DNA of 64,000 bases from Ignavibacteriota bacterium (GTDB taxonomy: Bacteria; Bacteroidota; Ignavibacteria; UBA10030), in NCBI GenBank assembly GCA_963727825.1, contig CAVSHO010000011.1, forward strand, positions 224,001 to 288,000. The letters are read 5' to 3'. Below the pieces are notes generated by a model. It worked only from the letters and a program-made list of their open reading frames with translations. It did no database searches and was not told where the DNA came from. Positions within the stretch are counted from its first letter, which is position 1. Each line of letters opens with the position of its first letter. The translations under genes were made by a program, and so were the position numbers. Below are positions 10,496 to 21,977 of this stretch, in pieces.

Positions 10496-11323
10496 TCAAG
10501 CCGATTTGCGAGCCACAATCTCAGGATTGAATATAATTTTTTTAGGGGTACGAAGTATCTCGTTTCTTTGGTTCACAACCATATTGTATGCTGCTTTAGC
10601 CATCTCCTCCAAAGGTTGATTAACAGTAGTAAGTGTTGGTGTCGTAAGCCGTGCAATAGGTAAGTCGTCAAAGCCCACAATAGCAACATCATTGGGTATC
10701 CGCACTACGCGTTCGTTGGCTACGGTCAGCAAACCTTGTGCGCAGTTATCACCAGCTGCGCAAAAAATGGCATCCACGCTCTTTGCCAACAACCTTGACA
10801 TTACTTCAATTCCATTTTCGCGAGAGCAATTCAACACCTCAATCGCACACCCTTCCGGTATCGAAAGCCCTTTAGCTTTTAATGCATATTCAAACCCCTT
10901 GAATCTTAGTTCTGCATTGCAACTACCCTTAACCTTAGATCTGCCAGAAACAATTGCTATCTTCTTCCTACCTTTACTAATTAGATACTCCCCGGCAATA
11001 AGTCCTCCTTTATAGTTATCTATTGCGATAGTGGACACACCGTCCATTTCTTCGTTAAATAGAACTATAGGGACACTCGTAGCATTGTAGACCGAGATAG
11101 TATTGGAATCCGGCTGTATATCCATAGCGATTAGTGCAGTAGGTTTGTTTTGTTCGAGTATTTTCTTCAGGCACTCTACCTGTTTATCTGCATCGTCTGT
11201 TGCCGACCGCAATGCAATCTCTTCTGGTGTGAAGAACTTCCTGAGGTTTCGGACTATTGAAATTCGTAATGCCGATCCAAATGTTGGTGCTACAATTACA
11301 ACTTTTATTTCTTGGTTTGTCAT
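10496..11323 (-). CDS. LacI-family ligand-binding domain protein lacking the N-terminal HTH
   Basis: IAIDNYKGG, IPNDVAIVGFDD, PTLTTVNQP, PEIVARKS; no HTH before the ligand domain. Confidence 0.8.
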   Translation of the reverse strand: MTNQEIKVVIVAPTFGSALRISIVRNLRKFFTPEEIALRSATDDADKQVECLKKILEQNKPTALIAMDIQPDSNTISVYNATSVPIVLFNEEMDGVSTIAIDNYKGGLIAGEYLISKGRKKIAIVSGRSKVKGSCNAELRFKGFEYALKAKGLSIPEGCAIEVLNCSRENGIEVMSRLLAKSVDAIFCAAGDNCAQGLLTVANERVVRIPNDVAIVGFDDLPIARLTTPTLTTVNQPLEEMAKAAYNMVVNQRNEILRTPKKIIFNPEIVARKSA

Positions 11324-11773
11324 CTTGAAATTCTTTTAACAACTATTAGACACAATATATTTTTTACTCTCTTACCGATTCTTCAGTGTCCAGATTTCTG
11401 ACCTCTTTGTTGGAATACCATTCTATTTTGATGTGATAAATCAGCATGTGACGTCGATGTCATCACAATTTATTAGTAAAAGGAATGCAAAAAAATGTTC
11501 CGACAACCTCTACTTCTCAAGAATCCGTAACAATGAATTAATTGTTGCTTATCATTTCGACAAACAGCCCTACTACTCTTGCAGTAAAATATCTGTTGCA
11601 AAACGAAAATATTACAACGCTATAATTTACACTGTAAATTTCTAATTGAGATTCTTTGAAGTGTTCCCCTGGTAAAAAGATAGAGCCCTGGTAAGCACTT
11701 CTTTAACCATATAAACCCTACACTTTATTTGTTTGAATTTCAAGTGGTAAAAATCGGCAATCTTCGCATCCCT

Positions 11774-13564
11774 TTAAAGCTCTTCGAATAATTTTCTTGC
11801 ACACTCGGGACATATACCGTGTGTAAACGTTGCATCAGTGTGTCGACTGATGTAACCCTCCACTTGAGTCCAAAATCCTTCATCGTCTCTTATCTTTTTA
11901 CAATTTGCACATATGGGAATAAGTCCTTGCAGAGTTTTGACGTTTTCCAAAGCAGACTTAAGTTCTTGAATTAATTTCTCACGCTCTTTTTCTACCAGCC
12001 TGCGCGCCATCACGTCCCGCAAGATGCCTTCATGGTAAAGCACATTTCCGTGTTCATCAACGACGAGACGTCCATGATCTTCTACCCAAACCTCTGAGCC
12101 ATCCTTTTTTCTGAGTCGATACACTGCCATTTCTTCAAGTTTTTCCTCTAACGCTATGCTTTCACGATCTCCGAGGTCAAAATACAATTGTTTTTTTATA
12201 TTGATTGCCATTAATTCTTCTTTACTGTCGTAGCCAAGAATTTTTACCATAGCTGGATTGACTTCGAGGAATTTCCCTTCGTGACTGCTTCGATAGACAC
12301 CGTCCTGCATAGTATCAATCAAATGACGGTAACGTTCTTCGCTTTCGCGTAACGCCTCTTCGGTACGCTTGCGCTGAGTGATATCGTGAGCAACCCCCTG
12401 CAGACCGACTACTTTTCCTTTCCGCATTATAGGATATTCATATGCTTCTAGCAAGATTCGATTTCCATTTGCATGAAGAACTTCCAAAAGGATTGGCTCT
12501 TTAGTGAATTCTCCACGAAGATGTTCACGCGTTTTCTCTTTTGCAACTTGGTTAAATTCGGCTGCAGTGATAAACCAATCCTTTCTCTTTATCCAAATAT
12601 CGGCTTTGTATCCTGTTATTTGCTCAACTGTTGGAGATACGTATGTAGTATTTGCATTGACATCCTGTGTATAGAAAAAAAGATGCGGTGTTCCCTCAAC
12701 TATTGCCCTCATCTGTTCTTCACTTTTACGTAAGGCATCTTCGACTTGGTTTTGCCCAGTTATATCACGAGCAACACCTACCATTGCGATGACCTTACCA
12801 TTATCGTCTTTCACAGCCGAGGTCCAAAGCTCAATCGGAAACTCGCTGCCGTCTTTCCGGAGGTTGAGGAGTTTGCCACTCCATCCCCCCATAGATGTTG
12901 CCGTTAGAATCCGGCTTCCTATCTCCAATGAAGTCTTTGCCGAACGAACAATCGAAATCGGTTGGCCCGACAACTCTTCACGTGTATATCCGTATGTTTT
13001 CAGGAATGCTTCATTCACGAAAATAATCTTGTCTTCGAGATTGGTAATCGAAACACAATCCTGCGTCGACTCTATTGCTTCTGCAAGCAATATATTTTCT
13101 TGTTCCGCTTTTTTACGCACCGTAACATTCCGGAAACTCCAGACTCTGCCTACTGATTTACCATCGACTCTTTGTGCTTGAGAGTAACGCTCAAAGATTT
13201 TTCCATCCTTGAATTCCAATACATCGAAGCTGCTTTCATCCGGATGGGAATAGAGCTCTCTTACTTTCGAGATGAAGTTTTTAGGGCCTTTTAATTGTTC
13301 CAGGACATAGCTCAATGCAAGATCGTCGCTCCGACTTGCAAGAACATCGGCGGGAATTCTCCACATCTTCGCAAACTGCTTGTTATAGCTTGTTATCTTT
13401 CCTGATCTGTCAACGACAAGAATTCCATCGGCAGTGGATTCCAATGTTGCTTGCAAAAGTGATACCGATTCCTTCAGCGTTCCTTCCGCCTGCTTGCTCA
13501 ATTTTGAGGCCGGCTTTTTTGAAAGTTTAATTGACCGCTTTACTCGAGGATTTTTCTTAAGCAT
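11774..13564 (-). CDS. Multi-PAS/PAC sensor with C-terminal Cys/His motif, no kinase domain
   Basis: About four PAS/PAC repeats (RKDGSEFP, VARDIT, GILRDV) then LIPICANCKKIRDD...HGICPEC; start placed at MLKKNPR. Confidence 0.8.
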   Translation of the reverse strand: MLKKNPRVKRSIKLSKKPASKLSKQAEGTLKESVSLLQATLESTADGILVVDRSGKITSYNKQFAKMWRIPADVLASRSDDLALSYVLEQLKGPKNFISKVRELYSHPDESSFDVLEFKDGKIFERYSQAQRVDGKSVGRVWSFRNVTVRKKAEQENILLAEAIESTQDCVSITNLEDKIIFVNEAFLKTYGYTREELSGQPISIVRSAKTSLEIGSRILTATSMGGWSGKLLNLRKDGSEFPIELWTSAVKDDNGKVIAMVGVARDITGQNQVEDALRKSEEQMRAIVEGTPHLFFYTQDVNANTTYVSPTVEQITGYKADIWIKRKDWFITAAEFNQVAKEKTREHLRGEFTKEPILLEVLHANGNRILLEAYEYPIMRKGKVVGLQGVAHDITQRKRTEEALRESEERYRHLIDTMQDGVYRSSHEGKFLEVNPAMVKILGYDSKEELMAINIKKQLYFDLGDRESIALEEKLEEMAVYRLRKKDGSEVWVEDHGRLVVDEHGNVLYHEGILRDVMARRLVEKEREKLIQELKSALENVKTLQGLIPICANCKKIRDDEGFWTQVEGYISRHTDATFTHGICPECARKLFEEL

Positions 13565-13840
13565 AGTATTGCTCCCAAAATCATCTGAATCCTTGCAAGT
13601 ATTCCCCAAGAATACAAGATAGTCACGATAGTAGAAATAATTGGACGATGATAATAATTTTACAATTAATTATCATTAATATCAATTAGAAAAACCGTCA
13701 AGCTATCGCAGCTTTCTAATCTTATCTAATTCGAGCAATGAACAAGCTTGCGTAAATAAACTTCTCACAGCACAATCTATCTGCATCTTGCATCTCCCTG
13801 CCTTTCTGTGTAGATTATCGCTGAAATTATAGGAATTTTT

Positions 13841-15193
13841 ATGGCATTGATTGTAAGTATTTCTGGAATTCGCGGCGTAGTCGGTGAAACTCTGACTCCC
13901 GAAACAATTGTTAAATATGCATCTGCATATGCTGAGTTTTGCAATCGCGGTCATATTATTATTGGCAGAGATGGCCGCATTACTGGCAAAAATGTTTTAG
14001 ATATCGTGGTTTCTACACTTCGGCAAATGGGCTGCAATGTTACAGATTTAGGTATCTGCCCGACACCGACTGTCGCTCTTGCTATTGAGAAACTGAAAGC
14101 CGCAGGCGGTATTTCAATTACTGCAAGTCATAATCCTATGATGTGGAATGGATTAAAATTCTTCTCACAAACCGGCTTGTTTTTAGATGCAGATGAAAAT
14201 CTGAAGTTCTGGCAACTTGCCAAACATCTTGCAAAATATGTTCCGTGGGATAAGCAAGGCAATTACACACTTAACGAAGAATTCCTAAATGAACATATGC
14301 ATCAGGTGCTTTCTCTTTCCTATATCGACAGTAAAAAGATTCGCGCTCGCAAATTCAAAGTTGTGCTGGATTGTGTCAATGCTGCCGGCGGAATTATCGT
14401 TCTGCGTTTGCTGGAAAAACTCGGCTGTAAAGTTACCCCTCTTTATTGTGAATTGACCGGTATTTTTGGGCATACACCTGAACCAATTCCTGAAAACCTT
14501 ACTGCGCTTTGTACAAAGGTACGTGAAGCAAAAGCAGATATCGGAATTGCTGTCGACCCTGATGTCGACCGTCTTGTTCTTATCAACGAGAAAGGCGAGC
14601 CGTTTGTTGAAGAATACACAATTGCAACTTGCATCGACTTTGTTTTGAAAAAGGATAAATTGAATAATCCAAAAGTTGTGGTGAATCTTTCGACAACAAG
14701 GGCAGTCGATGATATAGTAAACCGCTATAAAGGAACAACATATCGCACCGCCGTTGGCGAAATCAATGTTGCGAAAAAGATGAAGGAAATCGGGGCAACT
14801 ATTGGAGGTGAAGGAAGCGGCGGTGTAATTCTTCCGAAAGTTCATATAGGTCGCGACGCTATTGTCGGCATCGGACTTGTTCTTCAATGTCTGATGGAAT
14901 TCGGCGGTACAATGTCGGAACTGAAAGCTACGATGCCACAATATTTAATTACAAAAGGGAAAATAGAACTCGGCAATTTGAATGCCAAAGGAATTTTGGA
15001 GCACATACGCGAAAAATATTCTTCTTCTGGAATTATAAACAGCGATGATGGATTAAAGATTGATTTCCCGGAATCTTGGGTACATCTCCGCAAATCAAAT
15101 ACCGAACCGATTATTCGCATCATCGCAGAAGCGCGTACGAAAACTGAGGCAGACGAGCTAGTGAAGATATTTACGAAGGAGATACTCGCGTAG
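13841..15193 (+). CDS. glmM: Phosphoglucosamine mutase (alpha-D-phosphohexomutase family)
   Basis: ITASHNP, DPDVDRL, GGEGSGG, RKSNTEP. Confidence 0.85.
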   Translation: MALIVSISGIRGVVGETLTPETIVKYASAYAEFCNRGHIIIGRDGRITGKNVLDIVVSTLRQMGCNVTDLGICPTPTVALAIEKLKAAGGISITASHNPMMWNGLKFFSQTGLFLDADENLKFWQLAKHLAKYVPWDKQGNYTLNEEFLNEHMHQVLSLSYIDSKKIRARKFKVVLDCVNAAGGIIVLRLLEKLGCKVTPLYCELTGIFGHTPEPIPENLTALCTKVREAKADIGIAVDPDVDRLVLINEKGEPFVEEYTIATCIDFVLKKDKLNNPKVVVNLSTTRAVDDIVNRYKGTTYRTAVGEINVAKKMKEIGATIGGEGSGGVILPKVHIGRDAIVGIGLVLQCLMEFGGTMSELKATMPQYLITKGKIELGNLNAKGILEHIREKYSSSGIINSDDGLKIDFPESWVHLRKSNTEPIIRIIAEARTKTEADELVKIFTKEILA

Positions 15194-16287
15194 TGAGATT
15201 TCTTGTTCGCATGCAAGTTCTTTTAATTTTATTATTCTCGTGCTATCCTCTCAAGTCAATAGCACAGGAAAACAATTACTACTTCTTCCATCCGGTTACT
15301 TACGGCTCGGAATCAACCTTTAATCCCATATCACTTATTGCCGATGGCGGATTCGACGAGCTCCAATCGACTTGGCGCTCATCCTCGCTGTCGGAAATCC
15401 CTTGGAAAAAAGGAGCTGAGAATGTCTGGTACAATATCATCGCTCCTTTTCCGCAAATAAATAAGTTCGGATGGAATGATTTCATCTTCCACGAAGTAAT
15501 TCCCCGGAGTTTTAAGGCAGATGATGCCCAGTACTTTCCCAACTATACATTACACCTCATAGGTGGCGGGATGCAGTACCGAAAAGCAGCAGAATGGTTC
15601 GATTACTACGGATATCCATTGCCGTTCGTTTGTGCGTTCATCACCACCATGGGATATCATTACATAAACGAAACTTTGGAGAACGGCAAATGGATGGGCC
15701 CTAATACAGATCCGATTGCTGATTTACTTATTTTCGATCCGCTCGGTATCCTGCTCTTCAGCTTCGACGGGATAAGCAAATTCTTTTCGTCCGAGGTAAG
15801 CTTAAATGATTGGAATAATCAAGCCGCATTCTCATTTTTCCCACTCGGTCTTCAAAACACCGGCCAGAATTTTATTATGAAATATCCCATCACTGCTTCC
15901 GGGAAGACCAGCTTGATGTATCATTTCGGTACTTTTGGGGAATTGGGACTTTCAATGAAAACCAACAAGGAGGATGCTATATCGATTGGGATTGGGATGT
16001 CATCGAATAGTATTCAAACAAGTTTTAATAGTAAAGGAGCACCAATTTTTACAATTACATTAGGACCGCGTGCAGGTATTTACTGGGACCGCAACAATTC
16101 ACTTATGGCATCCATTGTCGCCTCCGATAATTTTAATGGACGTCTGACGTTCAATATATATCCCGGAGTATTTTCCACAAAGTCCTTTTCACCTGGATTC
16201 TTTTTAATCGCGGACGCTAATGGTGCTTACACCATTGGAATGACAGCATCTATTCTTCCTCTTGGTATAAGCACTAATAGACCTTGA
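15193..16287 (+). CDS. Hypothetical exported/outer-membrane protein
   Basis: 364-aa ORF with signal peptide, overlapping glmM stop; beta-rich C-terminal half. Confidence 0.6.
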   Translation: MRFLVRMQVLLILLFSCYPLKSIAQENNYYFFHPVTYGSESTFNPISLIADGGFDELQSTWRSSSLSEIPWKKGAENVWYNIIAPFPQINKFGWNDFIFHEVIPRSFKADDAQYFPNYTLHLIGGGMQYRKAAEWFDYYGYPLPFVCAFITTMGYHYINETLENGKWMGPNTDPIADLLIFDPLGILLFSFDGISKFFSSEVSLNDWNNQAAFSFFPLGLQNTGQNFIMKYPITASGKTSLMYHFGTFGELGLSMKTNKEDAISIGIGMSSNSIQTSFNSKGAPIFTITLGPRAGIYWDRNNSLMASIVASDNFNGRLTFNIYPGVFSTKSFSPGFFLIADANGAYTIGMTASILPLGISTNRP

Positions 16288-16429
16288 ATGCTGGAATTGA
16301 GACGCAAGACTAGTTTTTCATAGAGTTAAGAAATATGCTTGCATCATTGCATGAATACGAGTATTATCTTGAAAAGCATAGAGTAAATCGTAAGGCGAAT
16401 TTATTTGCATAGGGAGTTGGAGGTTAAAG

Positions 16430-16708
16430 ATGCTTCTATCCAAAGTCATCGGCACTCTTGTCGCCACACAGAAGAACCAATCTCTGCGTGAGTATAAATT
16501 ACTAATCGTTCAACCGATTGATCTCAATGGTGCATTCGTAGGGCGTGATTTAATTGCTATCGATCACGTAGATGCCGGCGTAGGCGATACCGTGATTGTA
16601 ATGCAGGAAGGTACCGGTGCACGGCAAATTTTGAAGCGGGAAGACATTCCCGTGCATTCGGTAATTGTTGCAGTAGTAGATGGGATGGATATACCGGTTA
16701 CAGAATAA
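16430..16708 (+). CDS. EutN/CcmL-family microcompartment vertex protein (BMC-P)
   Basis: VIGTLVATQK...KLLIVQP...IAIDHVDAGVGDTV...IVAVVD; GGAGG RBS upstream. Confidence 0.9.
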   Translation: MLLSKVIGTLVATQKNQSLREYKLLIVQPIDLNGAFVGRDLIAIDHVDAGVGDTVIVMQEGTGARQILKREDIPVHSVIVAVVDGMDIPVTE

Positions 16709-16726
16709 CTCTAATTTTTTTTGAAT

Positions 16727-17821
16727 ATGATCAACGTCCGAGAACTTCTCCGGCTTTCTTCTGTGCCGCGCATTGGTCCACAGAAAATTCGCGCCCTCGT
16801 CGCGCACTTTAAAACACCAGAAAATGTTTTACACGCTTCTGCTCGTGAGTTGATTGCTGTTCCCGGAATCGATAAAAAACTTGCTTCAAATATACTTCAT
16901 CACGCCACCGAAGAAAAGTTTGCTGATGAACAATTGAAACGATTAAACAAACTTGGTGGTAGAATCGTAACGATATGGGATAAAGAATATCCCGATCTCC
17001 TTCGTAAAATTTACGATCCGCCTGCCTTCCTTTTTATTCTTGGAAAAATAAAAGAAACTGATTCCCGTTCCCTCGCGCTTGTTGGTACACGACATCCTAC
17101 TCCTTATGGTCATTCTGTCGCAGAAAGTCTAACCCATGAAATCGCTCAACATTCTATTACTGTCATCAGCGGATTGGCGCGAGGTGTGGATACAATAGTG
17201 CATTCGACAGCGTTGAAATACGGAACCCGGACCATTGCTGTCATTGGCTCCGGGTTGGACGTCCCATACCCTCCTGAAAACAAAAAATTGATGGAACATA
17301 TTGCCGAAGAAGGTGCGGTCATTTCGGAATTTCCGATGGGCACCAAACCAGATGCGCCAAACTTTCCACGGCGTAATCGAATAATTAGCGGACTTTCCCT
17401 CGGCACTATCGTTGTCGAATCTGCTGAAGATGGCGGTGCATTGATTACCGCTACAACGGCGCTCGATCAAGATCGCGAAGTCTTTGCTGTGCCCGGTAAC
17501 ATAACAGAAAAGCGTAGCAGCGGACCGAATAAATTAATTCGCGAAGGGCGAGCCAAGCTTATTACAAACGCTCAAGATATTTTCGACGAACTGGCGTCTC
17601 AGCTACATCTTCCGTTTGATCAAAACAATATTAAATTACAAGTCGATTTAACCCCAACTGAACAGTCACTATTTCAATTCCTTTCGGACGAACCAATTCA
17701 CATTGATGCACTTTCTGAAAAAAACGAAATATCAACTTCCGATGCATTGGTAACATTGCTTTCATTAGAATTCAAAGGCATTGTTCGCCAACTTCCAGGC
17801 AAGTTGTTCGTCCGGTCCTAA
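16727..17821 (+). CDS. dprA: DNA-protecting protein DprA
   Basis: ALVGTR, ISGLARGVD, FPRRNRIISG, VFAVPG, C-terminal winged helix. Confidence 0.95.
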   Translation: MINVRELLRLSSVPRIGPQKIRALVAHFKTPENVLHASARELIAVPGIDKKLASNILHHATEEKFADEQLKRLNKLGGRIVTIWDKEYPDLLRKIYDPPAFLFILGKIKETDSRSLALVGTRHPTPYGHSVAESLTHEIAQHSITVISGLARGVDTIVHSTALKYGTRTIAVIGSGLDVPYPPENKKLMEHIAEEGAVISEFPMGTKPDAPNFPRRNRIISGLSLGTIVVESAEDGGALITATTALDQDREVFAVPGNITEKRSSGPNKLIREGRAKLITNAQDIFDELASQLHLPFDQNNIKLQVDLTPTEQSLFQFLSDEPIHIDALSEKNEISTSDALVTLLSLEFKGIVRQLPGKLFVRS

Positions 17822-17882
17822 GTTGTGTTTCTTTTCTCTCATCTGATTTTTCACTATACTATATTAATTGATTGAGAGAAAA

Positions 17883-18462
17883 ATGCTAGAGATTCGACAA
17901 ACAATCATAGACGATAATATTCCGCATATCAAATTCGCATGCAATCTTTCTGTCTGCAAGGGAGCATGCTGTACACTTGCCGGTGGCACTGGTGCGCCTT
18001 TATTGGATGACGAACTTGAACAAATTGAAAATGCATTCCCATTGGTCAAATCTTTACTTCCGAAAGAACATCTTGAATTCATCAAGCAATTCGGACTTTA
18101 TGAAGGCGAATCCGGCTTTTACACAACAATGTGCTTCAATAATCGTGCTTGCGTGTTTGTATTTTACGAAGAAGGAATTGCGCGATGCGCTTTTGAGAAA
18201 GCATTTAAAGCGGGCAAATTGAAATGGAGGAAACCAATTTCCTGCCACCTTTTTCCAATTCGAGTACGTTTCTGGCGTACAAGATCTATTGCACTATGTA
18301 CAAATTGCTGAATGTAACCCTGTAAAAGATTGCGGACAAAATGAAAATATTTTTTTGAGCAACTTCCTAAGGGAACCACTTATCCGGGCTTATGGTTTAG
18401 CTTGGTATGAAGACTTTCGACTTTTGTGCGAAGGGGAAAGAATAGACCATAAGAATGAATAA
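17883..18462 (+). CDS. DUF3109-family Cys-rich protein, frameshifted in the 3' part
   Basis: FACNLSVCKGACC, GAPL, KPISCHLFPIR; C-terminal FLREPLIRAYGLAWY lies in another frame ending at TAA 18462. Confidence 0.75.
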
Positions 18463-18483
18463 GTATCTATTAAAAGCTAATAA

Positions 18484-19929
18484 ATGATCAATCTTTCGCA
18501 ACAACTTCGGCTTGGTTTAAAACTCACGCCACAACAAGTACAGTATTTAAAACTGCTCCAGTTGCCTACGCTTTCGCTTGAACAGCGAATCAAAATGGAA
18601 CTTGAACTGAATCCTATGCTTGAGTTGAATGAAGAACAGGAATTATCTCAAGAACAAGAAGAGCCAACCGAAGAAGCCGAAGATAAATCTGAAGAACCGT
18701 TAGAAGATATTCAGAATAAAGACGATTATACAATTGAAGATTATATGAATGATGACCTCTCGGGGTTTAAAAGTCCCGAGGCATATAAAGCTAATGACGA
18801 GGACGATTCGTATGAGTCGCCTCAGCAATCTACTATTCCACTTTCCGAAAAACTTATCAGCCAGCTAAAAATGTTCGTGAGTGATGATGAAGAGATTCTA
18901 CTTGGAGAAGAGATTCTTGGGAATGTAGATGAGGATGGTTATCTCCAGCGTGATTTAACTCTGATCGTCCAAGACCTGAATTTAAGTTTTGGGTTAACAC
19001 TTTCCGTTGAGAAGGCAGAAAATGTTCTTCAGAAAATACTTCTATTAGATCCACCCGGTATTACGGCAAGGAACTTACAGGAATGTCTCATCGCCCAGAT
19101 CCATGCCGGCAAGTATGAATCTTCGCTAAAAGAACTGGGAATTAGAATTCTGAAGGATTTCTTTGAAGATTTTAAACTTAAACGCTTTGATAATCTTGAA
19201 CACAATCTCAATATAAGCAGAGAAACGCTGAAGAAAGTCATCGACATAATTCAACATCTCAATCCGAAACCGGGCGAAGGTGAGTTCTCGGCACAAGAAA
19301 ATTACATCACACCCGATTTCATAGTTGAAAAGGATAATGGCGATTTCATTATCACACTCAACGATCGCAACATTCCGACATTGCGAATCAACAGCGCTTA
19401 TAAACAATTAATAGCACCAAAAGGAAAGAAAGTTTCGACAGAGACAAAAGATTTCGTCAAAAAGAAATTCGAATCAGCAAAATGGTTTATTGCCTCTATC
19501 CAGCAGCGGCATGAAACATTGATGAAAGTGATGAAAATTATTGTTGAAAGACAACGAACGTGGTTCGAAGAAGGCGAATCGCTTAAGCCGATGATCTATA
19601 AAGACATTTCTGAAGTTGTAGGAGTTGACATCTCTACAATTAGCCGTGTCGTCAATAGTAAATATGTACAAACAGAATTCGGCGTTCATTCCTTGCGTTT
19701 CTTCTTTACTTCCGGACTTGAATCCGAGAACGGCGAAGATGTTTCCAATCAAGTTGTTAAACAGCGAGTTAAGGATATTATCGCAGCGGAGCCACCGCAG
19801 AATCCGTTGAACGATGATAAAATTGCCGACATTTTGAAACAGGAAGGAATTCACATTGCCCGGCGCACGGTTGCAAAATATCGTGAACAGCTTGGACTTC
19901 CTATCGCGCGAATGCGTAGAAAGGTTTGA
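18484..19929 (+). CDS. rpoN: RNA polymerase sigma-54 factor
   Basis: Gln/Leu-rich region I and RpoN box ARRTVAKYRE. Confidence 0.97.
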   Translation: MINLSQQLRLGLKLTPQQVQYLKLLQLPTLSLEQRIKMELELNPMLELNEEQELSQEQEEPTEEAEDKSEEPLEDIQNKDDYTIEDYMNDDLSGFKSPEAYKANDEDDSYESPQQSTIPLSEKLISQLKMFVSDDEEILLGEEILGNVDEDGYLQRDLTLIVQDLNLSFGLTLSVEKAENVLQKILLLDPPGITARNLQECLIAQIHAGKYESSLKELGIRILKDFFEDFKLKRFDNLEHNLNISRETLKKVIDIIQHLNPKPGEGEFSAQENYITPDFIVEKDNGDFIITLNDRNIPTLRINSAYKQLIAPKGKKVSTETKDFVKKKFESAKWFIASIQQRHETLMKVMKIIVERQRTWFEEGESLKPMIYKDISEVVGVDISTISRVVNSKYVQTEFGVHSLRFFFTSGLESENGEDVSNQVVKQRVKDIIAAEPPQNPLNDDKIADILKQEGIHIARRTVAKYREQLGLPIARMRRKV

Positions 19930-19935
19930 TTCAAT

Positions 19936-20490
19936 ATGGATAGAATAATAAATGAAGATAACAAAATTCACGCAACTACTATTATTGGGCTTAGACATAA
20001 CGGACATATAGCTATCGGTGGCGATGGCCAAGTAACACTTGGCAATACGGTGATGAAGCAAAAGTCGAATAAAATACGAAGACTCTATAACAATTCTGTA
20101 CTCGCAGGATTTGCAGGCTCAGCTGCCGATGCATTTAGTTTATTAGAACGTTTTGAAGAAAAACTAGAACAATACCAAGGTCAGCTTGCGCGAGCAGCTG
20201 TGGAACTTGCCAAACTATGGCGAACAGATAAATATCTTCGTCAACTTGAAGCGCTACTTGCCGTACTCGACAAGGAACACGCGCTCATCATTTCCGGCAC
20301 TGGAGATGTTATTGAGCCTGACGATGGCATAGTTGCCGTTGGTTCCGGCGGAAGTTATGCGCTGTCTGCAGCACGAATACTTGTTAAACATACAAAGCTA
20401 AGCGCGCGCGATATTGTTCAGGAATCTCTCAACGCTGCTTCAGATATTTGCATTTATACAAACAAAAATTTCACTATTGAAGAATTGTAG
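19936..20490 (+). CDS. hslV: ATP-dependent protease subunit HslV
   Basis: HATTII, GDGQVT, GSGG, CIYTN. Confidence 0.97.
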   Translation: MDRIINEDNKIHATTIIGLRHNGHIAIGGDGQVTLGNTVMKQKSNKIRRLYNNSVLAGFAGSAADAFSLLERFEEKLEQYQGQLARAAVELAKLWRTDKYLRQLEALLAVLDKEHALIISGTGDVIEPDDGIVAVGSGGSYALSAARILVKHTKLSARDIVQESLNAASDICIYTNKNFTIEEL

Positions 20491-20495
20491 GCACC

Positions 20496-21893
20496 GTGGC
20501 AAAAAAACAGATTGTAATTCCGCAAAAAGAATTGACTCCACGACAAATAGTCCGAGAGCTAGATAAATACATTATTGGTCAGCACGCTGCAAAGAAAGCA
20601 GTTGCCATTGCATTGCGAAATCGCTGGCGGCGGCTCCAAGTAACCGGAACGTTGCGTGAAGATATTATGCCGAACAATATTATTCTTATTGGTCCTACCG
20701 GAGTCGGCAAAACAGAAATCGCACGACGTCTGGCAAAACTTTCCGGCGCGCCGTTTCTTAAAGTAGAAGCATCGAAATTCACAGAAGTCGGTTATGTCGG
20801 CCGCGATGTCGAATCGATGGTGCGCGACCTTACAGAAATTTCTGTAAATATGGTGAAAGCGGAAAAAGCGGCAGAAGTGGAAAATAAGGCACGTGAACTA
20901 GCAGAAGAACGTCTGCTCGATATTCTCGTCCCTACTAATCGCCGCACTAAGACATCAGAAGTACAGGAACCGCCAGTGAACCCGGCAGTTAATGTAGAAC
21001 AAGATAATGAAACCACTCGACAGAAATTTCGCGAGAAACTGCGTTCAGGCAGTCTTGATGAACGTATGGTCGAACTTGAATTATCAGCATCACAAATGCC
21101 CTTGATGCAGGTGATGGGCCCGTTCAGTATGGAAGAAATGGGTATTAATTTGCAGGAAGTGTTCGGCAATATTTTACCTAAAAAAGAAAAACGCCGCAAA
21201 GTGACAGTTGCCGAAGCCCGCCGACTACTGATTTTAGAAGAATCACAAAAGTTGATTGACATGGAAAAGGTAACGAAAGAAGCGCTTGAGCGAGTAGAAA
21301 ATTCTGGTATCGTCTTCATAGATGAGATTGATAAAATTGCAAGTTCGAGGGGCCAGAGTTCTGGACCGGATGTCTCACGTGAAGGCGTCCAACGCGATCT
21401 TCTTCCTATTGTAGAAGGATCCAGTGTTCTTACTAAATATGGAATGGTTAAGACAGATCATGTTCTCTTTATTGCATCCGGAGCTTTCCACGTTGCAAAA
21501 CCATCGGATTTGATTCCAGAGCTGCAAGGAAGATTTCCGATTCGCGTAGAATTAAAAAGTTTAATCGAAGAGGATTTCGTTAAAATCCTTACTTTGCCGC
21601 AAAATGCACTCATTAAACAATATGCTGCTTTGTTGAAGACAGAAGGAATCGAGATCACGTTTAATGACGAGGCTGTGCGTGAAATTGCAAAGATTGCTTT
21701 TGAAGTTAATGATCAAGTCGAAAACATCGGCGCGCGCCGCCTTCATACTATCATCACAACTCTATTGGAAGAAGTTCTTTTTGATGCTCCGGACGGAATT
21801 AAGGAAACATCAATTGAGATAACACAGAAAGTTGTACAAGATAAATTGAATTCCATCGTAAAGAATCGTGACCTCAGTAGATATATTCTCTGA
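20496..21893 (+). CDS. hslU: ATP-dependent protease ATPase subunit HslU
   Basis: [38 protein letters not shown]. Confidence 0.97.
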   Translation: MAKKQIVIPQKELTPRQIVRELDKYIIGQHAAKKAVAIALRNRWRRLQVTGTLREDIMPNNIILIGPTGVGKTEIARRLAKLSGAPFLKVEASKFTEVGYVGRDVESMVRDLTEISVNMVKAEKAAEVENKARELAEERLLDILVPTNRRTKTSEVQEPPVNPAVNVEQDNETTRQKFREKLRSGSLDERMVELELSASQMPLMQVMGPFSMEEMGINLQEVFGNILPKKEKRRKVTVAEARRLLILEESQKLIDMEKVTKEALERVENSGIVFIDEIDKIASSRGQSSGPDVSREGVQRDLLPIVEGSSVLTKYGMVKTDHVLFIASGAFHVAKPSDLIPELQGRFPIRVELKSLIEEDFVKILTLPQNALIKQYAALLKTEGIEITFNDEAVREIAKIAFEVNDQVENIGARRLHTIITTLLEEVLFDAPDGIKETSIEITQKVVQDKLNSIVKNRDLSRYIL

Positions 21894-21911
21894 TGGTTTG
21901 GTTGTACAGAC

Positions 21912-21938
21912 AAACGGGCAAGATAATCTTGCCCGTTT
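21912..21938. terminator. Hairpin terminator between convergent hslU and outer-membrane protein gene
   Basis: aaacgggcaagat-a-atcttgcccgttt inverted repeat. Confidence 0.75.
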
Positions 21939-21977
21939 CTATTTCATGGTGCTTTGTTTTTTTATTCCAATGTGCTT

